DNA of 64,000 nucleotides from Candidatus Calditenuaceae archaeon HR02 (GCA_002898395.1 BEHE01000001.1:1-64000); one strand, 5' to 3'; positions 29,511 through 39,388 are shown, counted from the stretch's first letter. Numbers and translations: made by a program. The notes: a model not told the origin generated them from the letters alone.

Positions 29511-30554
29511 TATAGTCTTCTCGATAAATGCGGTGGGGTCTTCTAGCATTTTATTCAGCTTTTCCGCCCTCCGCTTAATCTCTCTCCTAACACTACTGCT
29601 AGTCAGGTGCTCAGAGATCTTTCCAATCTTCACGTAGTCTCTTGGCCTCACAACGGTGAGCAGCCCTTTAGACTGCAGAAATCTATGTACAGTGGGTGTT
29701 TCACCGGGATAGAAGAGGATTGTTGGCTTTCCGAGGAGTGCCGCCTCCTGGGCGATAGTCCCGCCGCCTGAGAACACGATAGACGCATTTCTTATGTATG
29801 GTAGTGCGAGCACAGGCCTAGATAAAAGAATAACATTGCTAGGGACTTTACTCCTAAGTAGCTGGGCCTCTTCTCTATAGCGGCACAGCACAACCACCTG
29901 TCTATAGAGCTCAGAGACGCGCCTCACAACCTCCAACGCCTCGGCCATGCCCCGCCCCAGAATATACGAGGCCTTATACTCTGGAACCCTAACGAGTGCA
30001 TATTCATCTCCAGGAGGCTCTGGGGCTTTATCCTCCAGTCGCCCATACCTCCTAATCCAAGCAACCGGGTCTAGAGCCCTATACTTGAGGACGCTGTGTC
30101 GCCTAGCACCCCACACGGCCCAGTCGCGATATCCTATGACGAAGGGTGTAAGTACCTTGGTGGAGATTGGTACGCACAGCCTGTTAACTGGGGAGTGGGG
30201 AGAGTCCGACGCAAGGAGATGTGGGATCTGGAGGCCGAAGCATATCCGCGCCATCTCCACCGAGCCACTTGAGATCGCCACACTCGGCTTCTTCTTCAGA
30301 TGTTTCAAGAGCAGCATTTGGCGCTTTGTGCTAGACTCCAATTTCTCCGTAAGGTTCTCACCTCCGAAGCGTCCTAAGACCAGTGCGTCGAGTCCTAAGA
30401 GACGGAGAATCCAATCAAGCTGTTCATATCGCCTCGCCGTAATGAAGGTCTCGAGGCCGCGTCTCCCTAACGACTCGGCAAGAGGCCAGAAAAAGAGGGC
30501 CTGTTTTGGAGTCAGCACTTCTATCCAGACCGTCGTCAATCTCTGGCACCACAT
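29493..30554 (-). CDS. DUF354 family GT-B fold protein
   Basis: VWIEVLTPKQALFF, SSGSVEMAR-FGL-IP, DSPH, GGGTIAQEAALLGKP. Confidence 0.85.
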   Translation of the reverse strand: MWCQRLTTVWIEVLTPKQALFFWPLAESLGRRGLETFITARRYEQLDWILRLLGLDALVLGRFGGENLTEKLESSTKRQMLLLKHLKKKPSVAISSGSVEMARICFGLQIPHLLASDSPHSPVNRLCVPISTKVLTPFVIGYRDWAVWGARRHSVLKYRALDPVAWIRRYGRLEDKAPEPPGDEYALVRVPEYKASYILGRGMAEALEVVRRVSELYRQVVVLCRYREEAQLLRSKVPSNVILLSRPVLALPYIRNASIVFSGGGTIAQEAALLGKPTILFYPGETPTVHRFLQSKGLLTVVRPRDYVKIGKISEHLTSSSVRREIKRRAEKLNKMLEDPTAFIEKTILSLLQ

Positions 30555-30727
30555 TTCCTTATAAGATACGGGTTATATAACATCGAGCCTCACAAAAAGC
30601 TGTGGCTTCAGCCTAACCATTAGGAGGACACCAGTCAGCATCAAGCCAGGTGGGACATTTAAAGTTGTTAATCCTGTATCAACATTCTTCACCCCGTAAA
30701 TCGGGAATGCCCATGTCTCTACGCCTC

Positions 30728-30850
30728 CTATCTTCTTGACTTGTTTCTTTGTTTTGTGTTGCATCTAGGACATCATAATCTGTTCTGTGTTTATGTGTTG
30801 TTGGCATTTTGAGCAGTATTTAAACCCCCTACCATACGCACCGCTACCAG
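30728..30850 (-). pseudogene. Frameshifted small zinc-finger gene (CxxC...CPxC)
   Basis: One frame reads YGRGFKYCSKCQQHINTEQI; after a 1-nt shift near 30775 it continues CPRCNTKQRNKSRR-stop; start not resolved. Confidence 0.5.
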
Positions 30851-30975
30851 CGGCTGGGTAGTATCTTAGACTCACATTCTCAAGCCTTACTTTAAGAATA
30901 TCTGAGAAGTAGTCCTTAAGTATCCTCACTCTTACTGGCCTACCCTATTTAATAAAAGCTGTGAGACTTCGGCAG

Positions 30976-31490
30976 TTATCCTAACCCTAAGCTTGCCCGA
31001 GTCAATATCTTAGTGTCTAGGCTCCATAATATAGACACCGTCCTCGAGGGGAGCCTCAACAACGCCCTACCACCCCTCTCTATCATTCCCTCCAAGTGTC
31101 CGAGTAAGGGGGTATATTTGAGGGCTGGGATGTTGTTGTTTTCCATGTATATTGTGTCCTTGGTCTTTACCTTTTTAGGCGTAATAAAGAAGCCGTGAGG
31201 TAAAAGGTGTTGGCTGTCCTTGAGTATATGTTTCATGGTGTCTGTAGGAGGGTCTCCAAAGTTCTGAGCATAGTAATTGAGTCTATAGGAAAGTCTACAG
31301 TACATGAGGGGGTATCTAAGAAGGTATTGTCTACGGTAACGATAGTCTATTCCTAGATCTCTCCACAATATACTACCAAGCAATAAGAAAGGGTGTGGAT
31401 AAAGATGCTTATCCGGACACTATCTGTTATGTGTATGGATATTCTTATTGGGTCGTCTGGAAGACGAAGCCCTATATAGTTAGCCACCAT
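30976..31490 (-). pseudogene. Decayed LAGLIDADG homing endonuclease gene
   Basis: Fragments VANYIGLRLPDD (motif-1-like) and HLLPHGFF...IYMENNN...LKY..LL (motif-2-like) in different frames; AT-rich. Confidence 0.45.
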
Positions 31491-31503
31491 CACTACGCAC
31501 GGT

Positions 31504-32490
31504 ATGTCTGTGGTTGGGTTTGCATTCCTAGTCCTTTTATCCTTTGCAGCTTCATGGATGTTGACATGGGTCATTGTTAAGTATGTGCGCTCAGCAAGGC
31601 TGATAGGTGTCGACGTTCATAAGCCCGATAGGCCGCGTCTCCCCAAGATCGGCGGCCTCGCCTTCACTGCTAGCTACTCCACTGTCATGCTTTTACATTG
31701 GCTACTAGGTGGAGGTATTGTAGGGCTTGTGCTTGTCGTCTCACCTCTTGTGGCCGCAGCTATTGGACTCCTAGAGGATGTGAGGGAGCTTAATCCCTGG
31801 GTTAAGCCTCTCCTCCTACTCCTTCCAGGCATCCCTGTCCTGCTTTTCTCAGCCTATATCCCCTACCCTATAATTCCGCTGGTGGGGAGCATAAGAATCA
31901 CTCTTCTCTACCCTCTCCTAGTGTTAGCCGCCTACACGGTCGTCGCCAACGCAGTAAACAGTGTAGATGTGCTTAACGGGTCACTCGTCCTCTCAACTCT
32001 TCCAGTCCTCATCCTCCTCGCCGCTATTTCTTGGCTTGTAGGTTGGGAGACTCCGGCACTAGCCTCACTAGCTCTAGGGGCCTCCCTGTTGGGCTTCTTA
32101 AGATATAACTGGTATCCTGCACGAGTTTTCAGCGGAAATATTGGAAGCAATCTAGTCGCCGCGGTAATCACCACCGTCGCCATCACGGCGAGGTTGGAGG
32201 TAGTCACACTCGTGGCACTGCTACCCCACATTCTGAATGAATTTTTCATTATCGTCTCGATGGGGGGGCTCAAGTCCGGGAAGGCTTTCGCAGCCAGGCC
32301 CATCCGCGTCGTTAAAGGGATGATAGTGTCTAGTCCGAGGCTAGGCGACCCTATCACGCTCGTGAGGCTCATAACGTTGCAGAACCCGATGGGAGAGGCG
32401 GCGGTTTCGAAGAGAATCGCCCTGCTAAGCGCCTATTCCTCCATACTAGCCCTCATGACGTATCTTATCGGCGGTGTTAGGCTCAGGTGA
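31504..32490 (+). CDS. UDP-GlcNAc:dolichyl-phosphate GlcNAc-1-P transferase (AglH/GPT, glycosyltransferase family 4)
   Basis: GVDVHKP..P.IGG, GLLEDV, NAVNSVDVLNG, NWYPARVFSGNIGS. Confidence 0.85.
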   Translation: MSVVGFAFLVLLSFAASWMLTWVIVKYVRSARLIGVDVHKPDRPRLPKIGGLAFTASYSTVMLLHWLLGGGIVGLVLVVSPLVAAAIGLLEDVRELNPWVKPLLLLLPGIPVLLFSAYIPYPIIPLVGSIRITLLYPLLVLAAYTVVANAVNSVDVLNGSLVLSTLPVLILLAAISWLVGWETPALASLALGASLLGFLRYNWYPARVFSGNIGSNLVAAVITTVAITARLEVVTLVALLPHILNEFFIIVSMGGLKSGKAFAARPIRVVKGMIVSSPRLGDPITLVRLITLQNPMGEAAVSKRIALLSAYSSILALMTYLIGGVRLR

Positions 32491-32723
32491 GATACATGAA
32501 GACCCTGCTAGCACTTATCACAGTTGCTTGGGTCTCGCTAATCGGTGTTCTTATCGCCATTTCAACGATTATACTGCCTTTGACACAGGGAGTTGAGTCC
32601 AGCCCTACCGCGGGCCTATTACGCGTAGCTCTCTCGCTCGCTCTGTTCGCTGCATGGCTTGTCTGGCTGTTCGAGCTCGCTCTCTTCGCCTCTCTGAAGT
32701 CTAGGCAGGGTAGGGATGGTTAG
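32487..32723 (+). CDS. Small two-TM membrane protein
   Basis: Two hydrophobic helices; start overlaps the upstream stop (GTGA). Confidence 0.7.
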   Translation: MRYMKTLLALITVAWVSLIGVLIAISTIILPLTQGVESSPTAGLLRVALSLALFAAWLVWLFELALFASLKSRQGRDG

Positions 32724-32725
32724 AA

Positions 32726-33820
32726 ATGACTCCGCCGGTCTCTCTCATAGACATGGATGGCTCCGGCCTACCCCTACTCTTCAAGCTGCTGAAGAATGGG
32801 CTACAGGTGCAGTATTCCCCTTTCATGCCTGGTAGGCATCTTAAGGCTCTCAAAGTCAGCGAGGCTGCGCGTAAACTTGTAGCCAATGCAATCAATAAGG
32901 GGTGGCTGAAAGAGGTAAAGGTCCGTGAGGCAATCTCAAGCTGCGATATACTGGCTATATCATACATCCACTGGCTTAATCCAGAGATCGATAAGAGAGA
33001 CCTCGCCTACGTCTACAGAGAGGTAAGCGACCACGCCAGGAGTACGACACTACGCATAGTTCAAACTGGGCTGCACGAGTTAGGTTTAATGGACTGGCTC
33101 GAAAATATTCTGCAGCGGCAAACTAGGGATTGGAGGCTATTTTACCTACCCTTTCCGAGAATATTTAAAGGGCGGGTCCCAGTAGGCGGCCCGCCCATCG
33201 ATGACCAGGTAAGACCAATAGTCTCTGCTATATGTGGGCGTAAACAGTTGATACCTGGACTGAGTTATCTGGAGGCAGAGGCTGCGACCTTTACACAGCT
33301 ACTAAGCGAGGCAGCTTCATACGCTGCGGTGGTGGAGGTTGGCCTGATCCTATACCGCAGATATGGTATCCTCCAACCCGAAAATCTATCCCAGTTTGTT
33401 GGGCCGTATAGAAGGATTCATTGGAGAAGTAGGATCGGTGACTCGCTTCTCACGCTATTAGAGGAGCTGGAAGGGGCTGAGCTTCAGAGATCCTTAGCCG
33501 CTGGGGCCATCTCCAGAGTAATCAAAGAAGGTGATAGAGTCGTAGTGGACCTCCTTACTAAATACTTCAAGTCTAAAAAAATGGCGAGAATACTTCTGAT
33601 AGGCACTAGCCCTCAGCTGGTTGACAAGATTGGTCGAAAGTTTAAAGTTTCATATTTAGCCAAGTCAGAGCTAAGGTCTAAAAAGACTCCCCAGAAGGTA
33701 GGTGCGGCGATAATAGTAGGTGTCGACGCAGGCACAATAAGCTTATTGAAAGGCTTATTAAGTGAGGGTGGAGTAATAATTGATTTGAGCCATTTCCGCC
33801 TGATTAAGAGCGAGAAGTGA
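32726..33820 (+). CDS. Highly divergent UDP-glucose/GDP-mannose dehydrogenase family protein (probable pseudoenzyme)
   Basis: VSLIDMDGSGLPL aligns with the IGLGYVGLP Rossmann motif; EAEAA...VEVGLI...GI aligns with the central helix; catalytic Lys/Cys not found. Confidence 0.55.
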   Translation: MTPPVSLIDMDGSGLPLLFKLLKNGLQVQYSPFMPGRHLKALKVSEAARKLVANAINKGWLKEVKVREAISSCDILAISYIHWLNPEIDKRDLAYVYREVSDHARSTTLRIVQTGLHELGLMDWLENILQRQTRDWRLFYLPFPRIFKGRVPVGGPPIDDQVRPIVSAICGRKQLIPGLSYLEAEAATFTQLLSEAASYAAVVEVGLILYRRYGILQPENLSQFVGPYRRIHWRSRIGDSLLTLLEELEGAELQRSLAAGAISRVIKEGDRVVVDLLTKYFKSKKMARILLIGTSPQLVDKIGRKFKVSYLAKSELRSKKTPQKVGAAIIVGVDAGTISLLKGLLSEGGVIIDLSHFRLIKSEK

Positions 33821-33827
33821 TTGTGGA

Positions 33828-34826
33828 TTGGGAGAGGCGCAGATCCGGGTTGCTGTGATTGGAGCTGGGTTTTGGGGTAGGAATCATGCCAGGGTCCTCT
33901 CGGAGATACCTAAAGTCGAGCTCTGCGCTGTTGTAGACGTAGATGTCCAGAGAGCTGAACAGGTTGCGAGGAGGTATAATGTCCCTCACGTATACAAGGA
34001 TTACAGAGAGATCCTACGAGGTGGAGTGGTTGACGCGGTCACGATATGCACACCCACAATAACTCATGCCGAGATCGCCTTGGAGTGTATTAGAGATGGG
34101 TTGGCGGTACTTATCGAGAAGCCGATGGCCGCTAACCTTAAGGAGGCGATAGAGATCTACGACACGGCCAAATCCTGTGGAGGAAAATTGATGGTAGGCT
34201 TTATCGAGAGGTTTAACCCCGCTGTGCGGTATATGCTCTCTGCTTTATCGGACGGTGTCATAGGTACTCCCCTCACCATCGCTGCGAGGAGAATAGGGCC
34301 GTGGCCCGAGAGGATTGGAGACGTCGGCGTAGTAAAGGATATCGCTATACATGATATAGACCTAACACACTATTTCTTTGGGAGTATTCCCACGAACATT
34401 TACGCGACGGGGGGAGCGCTCAGACACAGCTATGAAGACTATGTTCAGGCTCTATTGTACTTTGACGAAGTAAGGTCGGCTTCGCTGGAGGCTAACTGGC
34501 TCTCCTCAAAGAAGAAGAGGGACATGCGGATAACTGGGACTGAGGGTGTCGCCCATATAGAGTTTCTTATCGGCGAGGTTATAATTGAGAAGCCCGACTA
34601 CTCCATCAGCCCCACCATAAATTATGTTGAGCCGCTGAAAAGCGAGCTCACATACTTTGTTGAGCAGCTCTGCGCTTCCAAGGAGCTGGTGCCTGGCCCG
34701 CGGGAAGGCCTGCTCTCGCTGGCCGTCGCGGAGGCTATACTCGCCTCCATGAAGAGTCGCCGAACAATCTCGCTTGAGCAAGTCCTCGGAGAGTGGGGAA
34801 TCAGCGGTAGGGAGGCCAGGCTATAG
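33828..34826 (+). CDS. Gfo/Idh/MocA oxidoreductase (UDP-GlcNAc(A) 3-dehydrogenase/WlbA-like)
   Basis: GAGFWGRNHAR, IEKP, GFIERFNPA, DVGVVKDIAIHDID. Confidence 0.88.
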   Translation: MGEAQIRVAVIGAGFWGRNHARVLSEIPKVELCAVVDVDVQRAEQVARRYNVPHVYKDYREILRGGVVDAVTICTPTITHAEIALECIRDGLAVLIEKPMAANLKEAIEIYDTAKSCGGKLMVGFIERFNPAVRYMLSALSDGVIGTPLTIAARRIGPWPERIGDVGVVKDIAIHDIDLTHYFFGSIPTNIYATGGALRHSYEDYVQALLYFDEVRSASLEANWLSSKKKRDMRITGTEGVAHIEFLIGEVIIEKPDYSISPTINYVEPLKSELTYFVEQLCASKELVPGPREGLLSLAVAEAILASMKSRRTISLEQVLGEWGISGREARL

Positions 34827-34859
34827 ATATAATTCACCCCTCTCCCCCAGTATTCACTG

Positions 34860-35906
34860 TTGCGGGAGCCGAGAACTCTCTACTGGAAGGGTGGCTCTCT
34901 ATACCTTCTCGACCAGCGTCTCTTGCCACACCGGGAGAGATATGTAAGGTGTAGAGGATACAGAGACGTAGCCCGCGCTATTAGGGAGATGATTGTTAGA
35001 GGAGCCCCCGCCATTGGTGTGGCCGCTGCATATGGTGTCGTCCTAGCCTGTAAGTCATCTGGTAGCAAGAAAACAGGGCTTGAGACGCGGGTCATGGAGG
35101 CTGCGGAGGAGATAAAATCGACACGGCCCACCGCAGTGAACCTCTTTTGGGCAGTTGACCGGATGGTAAGACTGGCTAAGGAGGCTAAGGAGAGGGGACT
35201 TGATGTCTATGAAACTCTGTTGCATGAAGCAAACAGGATGGCTGAGGCGGATATTGAGGCTAATAGGCGGATAGGAGAGTATGGGAAGGGACTAGTCCCA
35301 GATGGCGCAACAGTCATGACGTACTGTAATGCAGGGGGCTTAGCTACCGTGGGATATGGGACGGCGATTGGGGTCATAAGGGCTGCATTCGAGGAAGGCA
35401 AAAAGATCTTAGTGCTAGTTCCCGAGACTAGGCCTAAGCTCCAAGGGGCCAGGCTCACAGCCTATGAGCTGAAGAGGATTGGCATCCCCTACAAGATAAT
35501 CACAGATAACATGGCGGCCATGCTTATGAGCAGAGGGGAGGTTAGCTGCATAGTCGTAGGTGCAGATAGGGTCCTCGCTAGGACGGGGCACGTGGTTAAC
35601 AAGATTGGCACTCTCGGTCTAGCGATCTCCGCAAAATACTTTGGGGTACCATTCTATGTAGCCGCGCCTCTCTCTAGCTTCGACTTCGAAAAAAGGCCAG
35701 AGGATGTTAAGATAGAGGAGAGAGATGAGAGGGAGGTGCTGACTTTCGCAGGAAAAAGCATAGCCCCAAACGGCTCCAAAGCAGTGAACCTAGCCTTCGA
35801 CATAACACCCCCCGACCTAGTCTCCGCTGTTATTACTGAATACGGTGTCTACGAGCCAAGCGGGCTCATGATGCTTGAGAAATATGCACCGCTTGATACT
35901 GAGTAA
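34860..35906 (+). CDS. mtnA: S-methyl-5-thioribose-1-phosphate isomerase (eIF-2B alpha family)
   Basis: VRGAPAIG, RPTAVNL, CNAGGLAT-GYGTA, ETRP-LQGARLT, NKIGT. Confidence 0.92.
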   Translation: MREPRTLYWKGGSLYLLDQRLLPHRERYVRCRGYRDVARAIREMIVRGAPAIGVAAAYGVVLACKSSGSKKTGLETRVMEAAEEIKSTRPTAVNLFWAVDRMVRLAKEAKERGLDVYETLLHEANRMAEADIEANRRIGEYGKGLVPDGATVMTYCNAGGLATVGYGTAIGVIRAAFEEGKKILVLVPETRPKLQGARLTAYELKRIGIPYKIITDNMAAMLMSRGEVSCIVVGADRVLARTGHVVNKIGTLGLAISAKYFGVPFYVAAPLSSFDFEKRPEDVKIEERDEREVLTFAGKSIAPNGSKAVNLAFDITPPDLVSAVITEYGVYEPSGLMMLEKYAPLDTE

Positions 35907-37152
35907 TGGCTCTTTTCACCCAGTTGTATAGGGCTTCATGTGGGAGGTGGACAGCTTTTTTACCGTGGGTGAGTGATATGACCTGTTGGGCGCAGGTCTC
36001 ACTGTAGGACAAGACTGTATCGCCGGGTCCCAACCTTTTCAAAAGTATACCACCAATCTCGGTGGAGAGCTTCCTGTTCTTTCTGAAGAGGCCCCACAGG
36101 CCGCCCGACCCGCAACACTCCGTCACCACCCCTTCAATATGGGCTCCAAGCTTCTCGAAGGCCTCCGCGATCTGGCCTGTTAAGTTGAGGTGTTGGGAGA
36201 GGCATGTGGAGTGCAAGATGGGGCTAAAGCCGCTTAGGTTGGCGGAGAGCCTACCGGACTCCACCAAGCCGTTAATTAGCTCATTTATGTCCACTACAGC
36301 CTCTGAGACGGTCCTGCTCTTTTCGTTATCCAAGAGCTTCGGATAGACCTCCCTCAACATTAAGGTGGATGCGGGAGACGTGCATAGAATCCTTCTCCCC
36401 TTCTCAACCTCCTCGAACAAACTATCCACATTCCGTGCCGCGAGCTTCGCCACCCTTTCCCAGAAACCCAGCTCCCAGAGTATCACACCCGAGTCATATT
36501 GCCTCGGATATGTTAGCTCGATTCCGGCTGTTCTCAGCAGCTCCCTAGCAGATATGCCGACACTAGGTTTGACAAATCTCGCATAGGTGTCTGAGAAATA
36601 CGCGAGTGTTCGGTGTCCAGGCCGTGGCGCGTTTTTCTTAAAATACTTGTCGAGTGCCCCTCCTTCAGGTATTGGGAGTGGGGCGTCATCCGCGAATTCT
36701 CCTATACGCCTAAACAACTGGAGCAGTGGTTTTCCGAGCAATATTTTTCTTAGTGGGGCCGGAGCCCTTGACAGGTATTTCACAATCGGCTCGTAGTGCG
36801 CTACCATCCGCTCACCCCTGCTCAGCATTTTTTCTCCAACGGCTATGATGTAGGCGCGCCTATAGCTTGACATGACGGTCGGGATGGGGATGCGAGCGGG
36901 GCAAACGTTTAAACACCTCAGACAACCTATGCACAGGTCGATCAGCTCTTTGAAGCGGGGAGTGAAAGGGTGTGGTGTTCCATTATTCAAGCTTGACTGA
37001 AGTAACACCAGCCTGCCCCTACTCGTCCGTGAAGGGATGTGCCCGATACTGCTCAGCGTCGTGGGGCAAACCGAGTTGCAGAAGCCACACCTTATACACC
37101 TCTCAGCCTCATCGGCATATGCCCCCATCAGATCTCTAAGCGTGCTTGACAA
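35866..37152 (-). CDS. glpC: Fe-S/CCG-domain protein, anaerobic glycerol-3-phosphate dehydrogenase subunit C-like
   Basis: Two CxxCxxCxxxCP clusters, CCG motif ECCGSGG. Confidence 0.7.
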   Translation of the reverse strand: MSSTLRDLMGAYADEAERCIRCGFCNSVCPTTLSSIGHIPSRTSRGRLVLLQSSLNNGTPHPFTPRFKELIDLCIGCLRCLNVCPARIPIPTVMSSYRRAYIIAVGEKMLSRGERMVAHYEPIVKYLSRAPAPLRKILLGKPLLQLFRRIGEFADDAPLPIPEGGALDKYFKKNAPRPGHRTLAYFSDTYARFVKPSVGISARELLRTAGIELTYPRQYDSGVILWELGFWERVAKLAARNVDSLFEEVEKGRRILCTSPASTLMLREVYPKLLDNEKSRTVSEAVVDINELINGLVESGRLSANLSGFSPILHSTCLSQHLNLTGQIAEAFEKLGAHIEGVVTECCGSGGLWGLFRKNRKLSTEIGGILLKRLGPGDTVLSYSETCAQQVISLTHGKKAVHLPHEALYNWVKRAITQYQAVHISQAS

Positions 37153-37304
37153 CCCGAAAGACCAACTAATGATGAGACTTAATCGTCCTAAAAACCGTTC
37201 CTAAGCAACACTTACTGGAATAGTTTGGAGGGGGCATGGATTATCTCCCGGCTTCAGGTTTATAACTCCGGCAGGTGTAAACAGTCTCAGCAAGTGGGTG
37301 AAGA

Positions 37305-38306
37305 ATGGGGCATAGAAAATACTCTGCTCCGAGAAGGGGGTCTTTGGCATACTCACCTAGGCGAAGGGCAGGGTCTCCAATCCCCCGCGTCAACTTCTGG
37401 CCTGAGAGGAGAGACAGGAAGGGGCTCACGGGCTTCATAGCCTACAAGTTGGGAATGGTCACGGTCTTCATAGTCGACGATGTTCCCGGCTCACCAACAC
37501 AAGGGACAGAAGTGGCCGCGGGGTGCACCATACTCGCAACCCCGCCACTCCACATCATCGGAGTCGTATTATTGAAGCGGGAGGATGGCTACCTGTTGGA
37601 GATCGGACGACACATAGTTAGTGACCTGCCCCCAGAGGTTAGAGAACGTGTCAGAGGAGTTTCACCCACCTCACTAAGTGTTGATGACCTGAAGGCCTCC
37701 TTAAGCAGTGCCGCCCAAGTCAGAGCCCTAGCCGCCTCCTATCCGAGGGAGGCAGGCCTATCCCAGAAGAAAGCCATCATCCTCTCAATACCTGTTGCAG
37801 GAAGCGCCGAGGAGGCCTTCAACTACGTTGTCGAGAGGTTAGGAAAGCGTCTACCTGTCGAGGAGGTCTTCAGGGAGGGCGAGTTTATCGATGTCGTGGG
37901 TGTCACTAAGGGTCACGGGTTCCAAGGGGTTGTGAGGAGGTTTGGTGTCAAGATTCTGCCACGCAAGCAGAGGAAGACGAGGAGGGCAGTAGGGGCGATT
38001 GGTGGGAGGAGCCCAAAATATATCACTAGGTTTGTTCCCCGCGCTGGGCAGGTGGGATTCCACTACAGGACCGAGTACAATAAGAGGGTTATCAAGATCT
38101 GGCCCGATGGAAAGGCGCCCTTACCGAAGGGCGGGTTTATCAGAGCTCCTCCGCCTAGGTGCCCTGCTATCGCTTTGCTGGGCTCCGTGATGGGGACTCC
38201 TAAGAGGCCAGTAGTCCTTAGGACGCCGGCGAAACCCCCACGCTACAGCCTCGGGGCGCCGAAGCTGTCAGCAATGGTGTATGCCAGCGAGGTGTTGGTG
38301 TCTTGA
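37305..38306 (+). CDS. rpl3: 50S ribosomal protein L3
   Basis: GHRKYSAPRRGSL, TKGHGFQG, AGQVGFHYRTEYNKR. Confidence 0.97.
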   Translation: MGHRKYSAPRRGSLAYSPRRRAGSPIPRVNFWPERRDRKGLTGFIAYKLGMVTVFIVDDVPGSPTQGTEVAAGCTILATPPLHIIGVVLLKREDGYLLEIGRHIVSDLPPEVRERVRGVSPTSLSVDDLKASLSSAAQVRALAASYPREAGLSQKKAIILSIPVAGSAEEAFNYVVERLGKRLPVEEVFREGEFIDVVGVTKGHGFQGVVRRFGVKILPRKQRKTRRAVGAIGGRSPKYITRFVPRAGQVGFHYRTEYNKRVIKIWPDGKAPLPKGGFIRAPPPRCPAIALLGSVMGTPKRPVVLRTPAKPPRYSLGAPKLSAMVYASEVLVS

Positions 38307-39139
38307 CGCTCTTGGGCCAGCTTCTGAGGTCGGAGCAGGTCACTGTCACTGTGACGGGGCTTGACGGTTCAAGCAGGGGTGAAGTTACCCTCCCACGCAT
38401 ATTCTCTGCGAAACTGAGGGCGGACCTGGTCCGGAGAGCGTATATTCACCTACTCTCTCACAGGTTCCAGCCTAAGGGAGCCTGGAAGGGTTCAGGTCAT
38501 AAGTACTCGGTGGAGTCTCTCGGGCCAGGTTACGGGATGGCGAGGATAGCGCGTCTAAAGGTTGAGGGAACTGGGAAGGCAAGGGGCGGAGGGTTTGTCC
38601 CAACTGCTGTCGGGGGGAGGCCGACCCACCCACCGACTCCAGAGAAGAAGATACACAAGAGTATCAACGAGAAGGAGAAGAGAGCAGCCTTAGCATCAGC
38701 CATCGCGTTTACCTCCAGCATCCAGCATGTGAGGGGGCGAGGACACAGGATACCAGACGGAATACACTTGCCCATCATCATCGAGGACTCCCTAGCATCT
38801 GTTAAGAAGACCGCTGAGTTGCTGCAGATTCTTAATGCATTAGGATTAGGTAGGGAGCTTGAGAGGTGTCGCGAGGTTAAGATTAGGGCTGGTAAGGGGA
38901 AGAGGAGGGGGAGGCGCTACAAGGGGAGAAAAGGGCCGCTCATAGTGGTCCACTCTGATGAAGGTGTTTCGAGGGCGGCAGAAAACATTCCTGGGGTAGA
39001 TGTTGTCCTAGCCAAGGACCTGAGCGTCCTAGATCTCGCGCCAGGCGGCCATCCGGGGAGGCTGACCATCTATACTCTAGGCGCTCTCCACCTACTCGAG
39101 AGGAGGTTGTTGGGTGATGGATCCGCAGGCGGTGATTAA
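38303..39139 (+). CDS. rpl4: 50S ribosomal protein L4
   Basis: [37 protein letters not shown]. Confidence 0.97.
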   Translation: MTLLGQLLRSEQVTVTVTGLDGSSRGEVTLPRIFSAKLRADLVRRAYIHLLSHRFQPKGAWKGSGHKYSVESLGPGYGMARIARLKVEGTGKARGGGFVPTAVGGRPTHPPTPEKKIHKSINEKEKRAALASAIAFTSSIQHVRGRGHRIPDGIHLPIIIEDSLASVKKTAELLQILNALGLGRELERCREVKIRAGKGKRRGRRYKGRKGPLIVVHSDEGVSRAAENIPGVDVVLAKDLSVLDLAPGGHPGRLTIYTLGALHLLERRLLGDGSAGGD

Positions 39140-39377
39140 GAGACTCGTGGTAACTCAGGATGCAGTCTCATTGATAGAGCGGGAGAATAAGCTGACGTTT
39201 ATTGTAGATATTAATGCAACTAAGAGGGATATCAAGTTGGCTGTGGAGAGGATTTATGAGGTCAAGGTTGAGAGGGTTAATACGCTCATTACTCCGCGGG
39301 GTGAGAAGAAGGCCTTTGTCAAGCTGGCGCCGGACTACAAAGCCTCAGACATCGCTACGAGGCTGGGGGTCTTTTAG
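39114..39377 (+). CDS. rpl23: 50S ribosomal protein L23
   Basis: [34 protein letters not shown]. Confidence 0.97.
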   Translation: MMDPQAVIKRLVVTQDAVSLIERENKLTFIVDINATKRDIKLAVERIYEVKVERVNTLITPRGEKKAFVKLAPDYKASDIATRLGVF

Positions 39378-39388
39378 GGTGATTCTCC

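Noticed and set aside
30573-30764. 63-aa minus-strand ORF as a real gene
   Set aside because: Begins out of frame inside the frameshifted zinc-finger relic and has no recognisable motif
34860-35906. Translation factor eIF-2B or ribose-1,5-bisphosphate isomerase
   Set aside because: CNAGxLAT-GYGTA and ETRP-LQGARLT motifs favour MtnA
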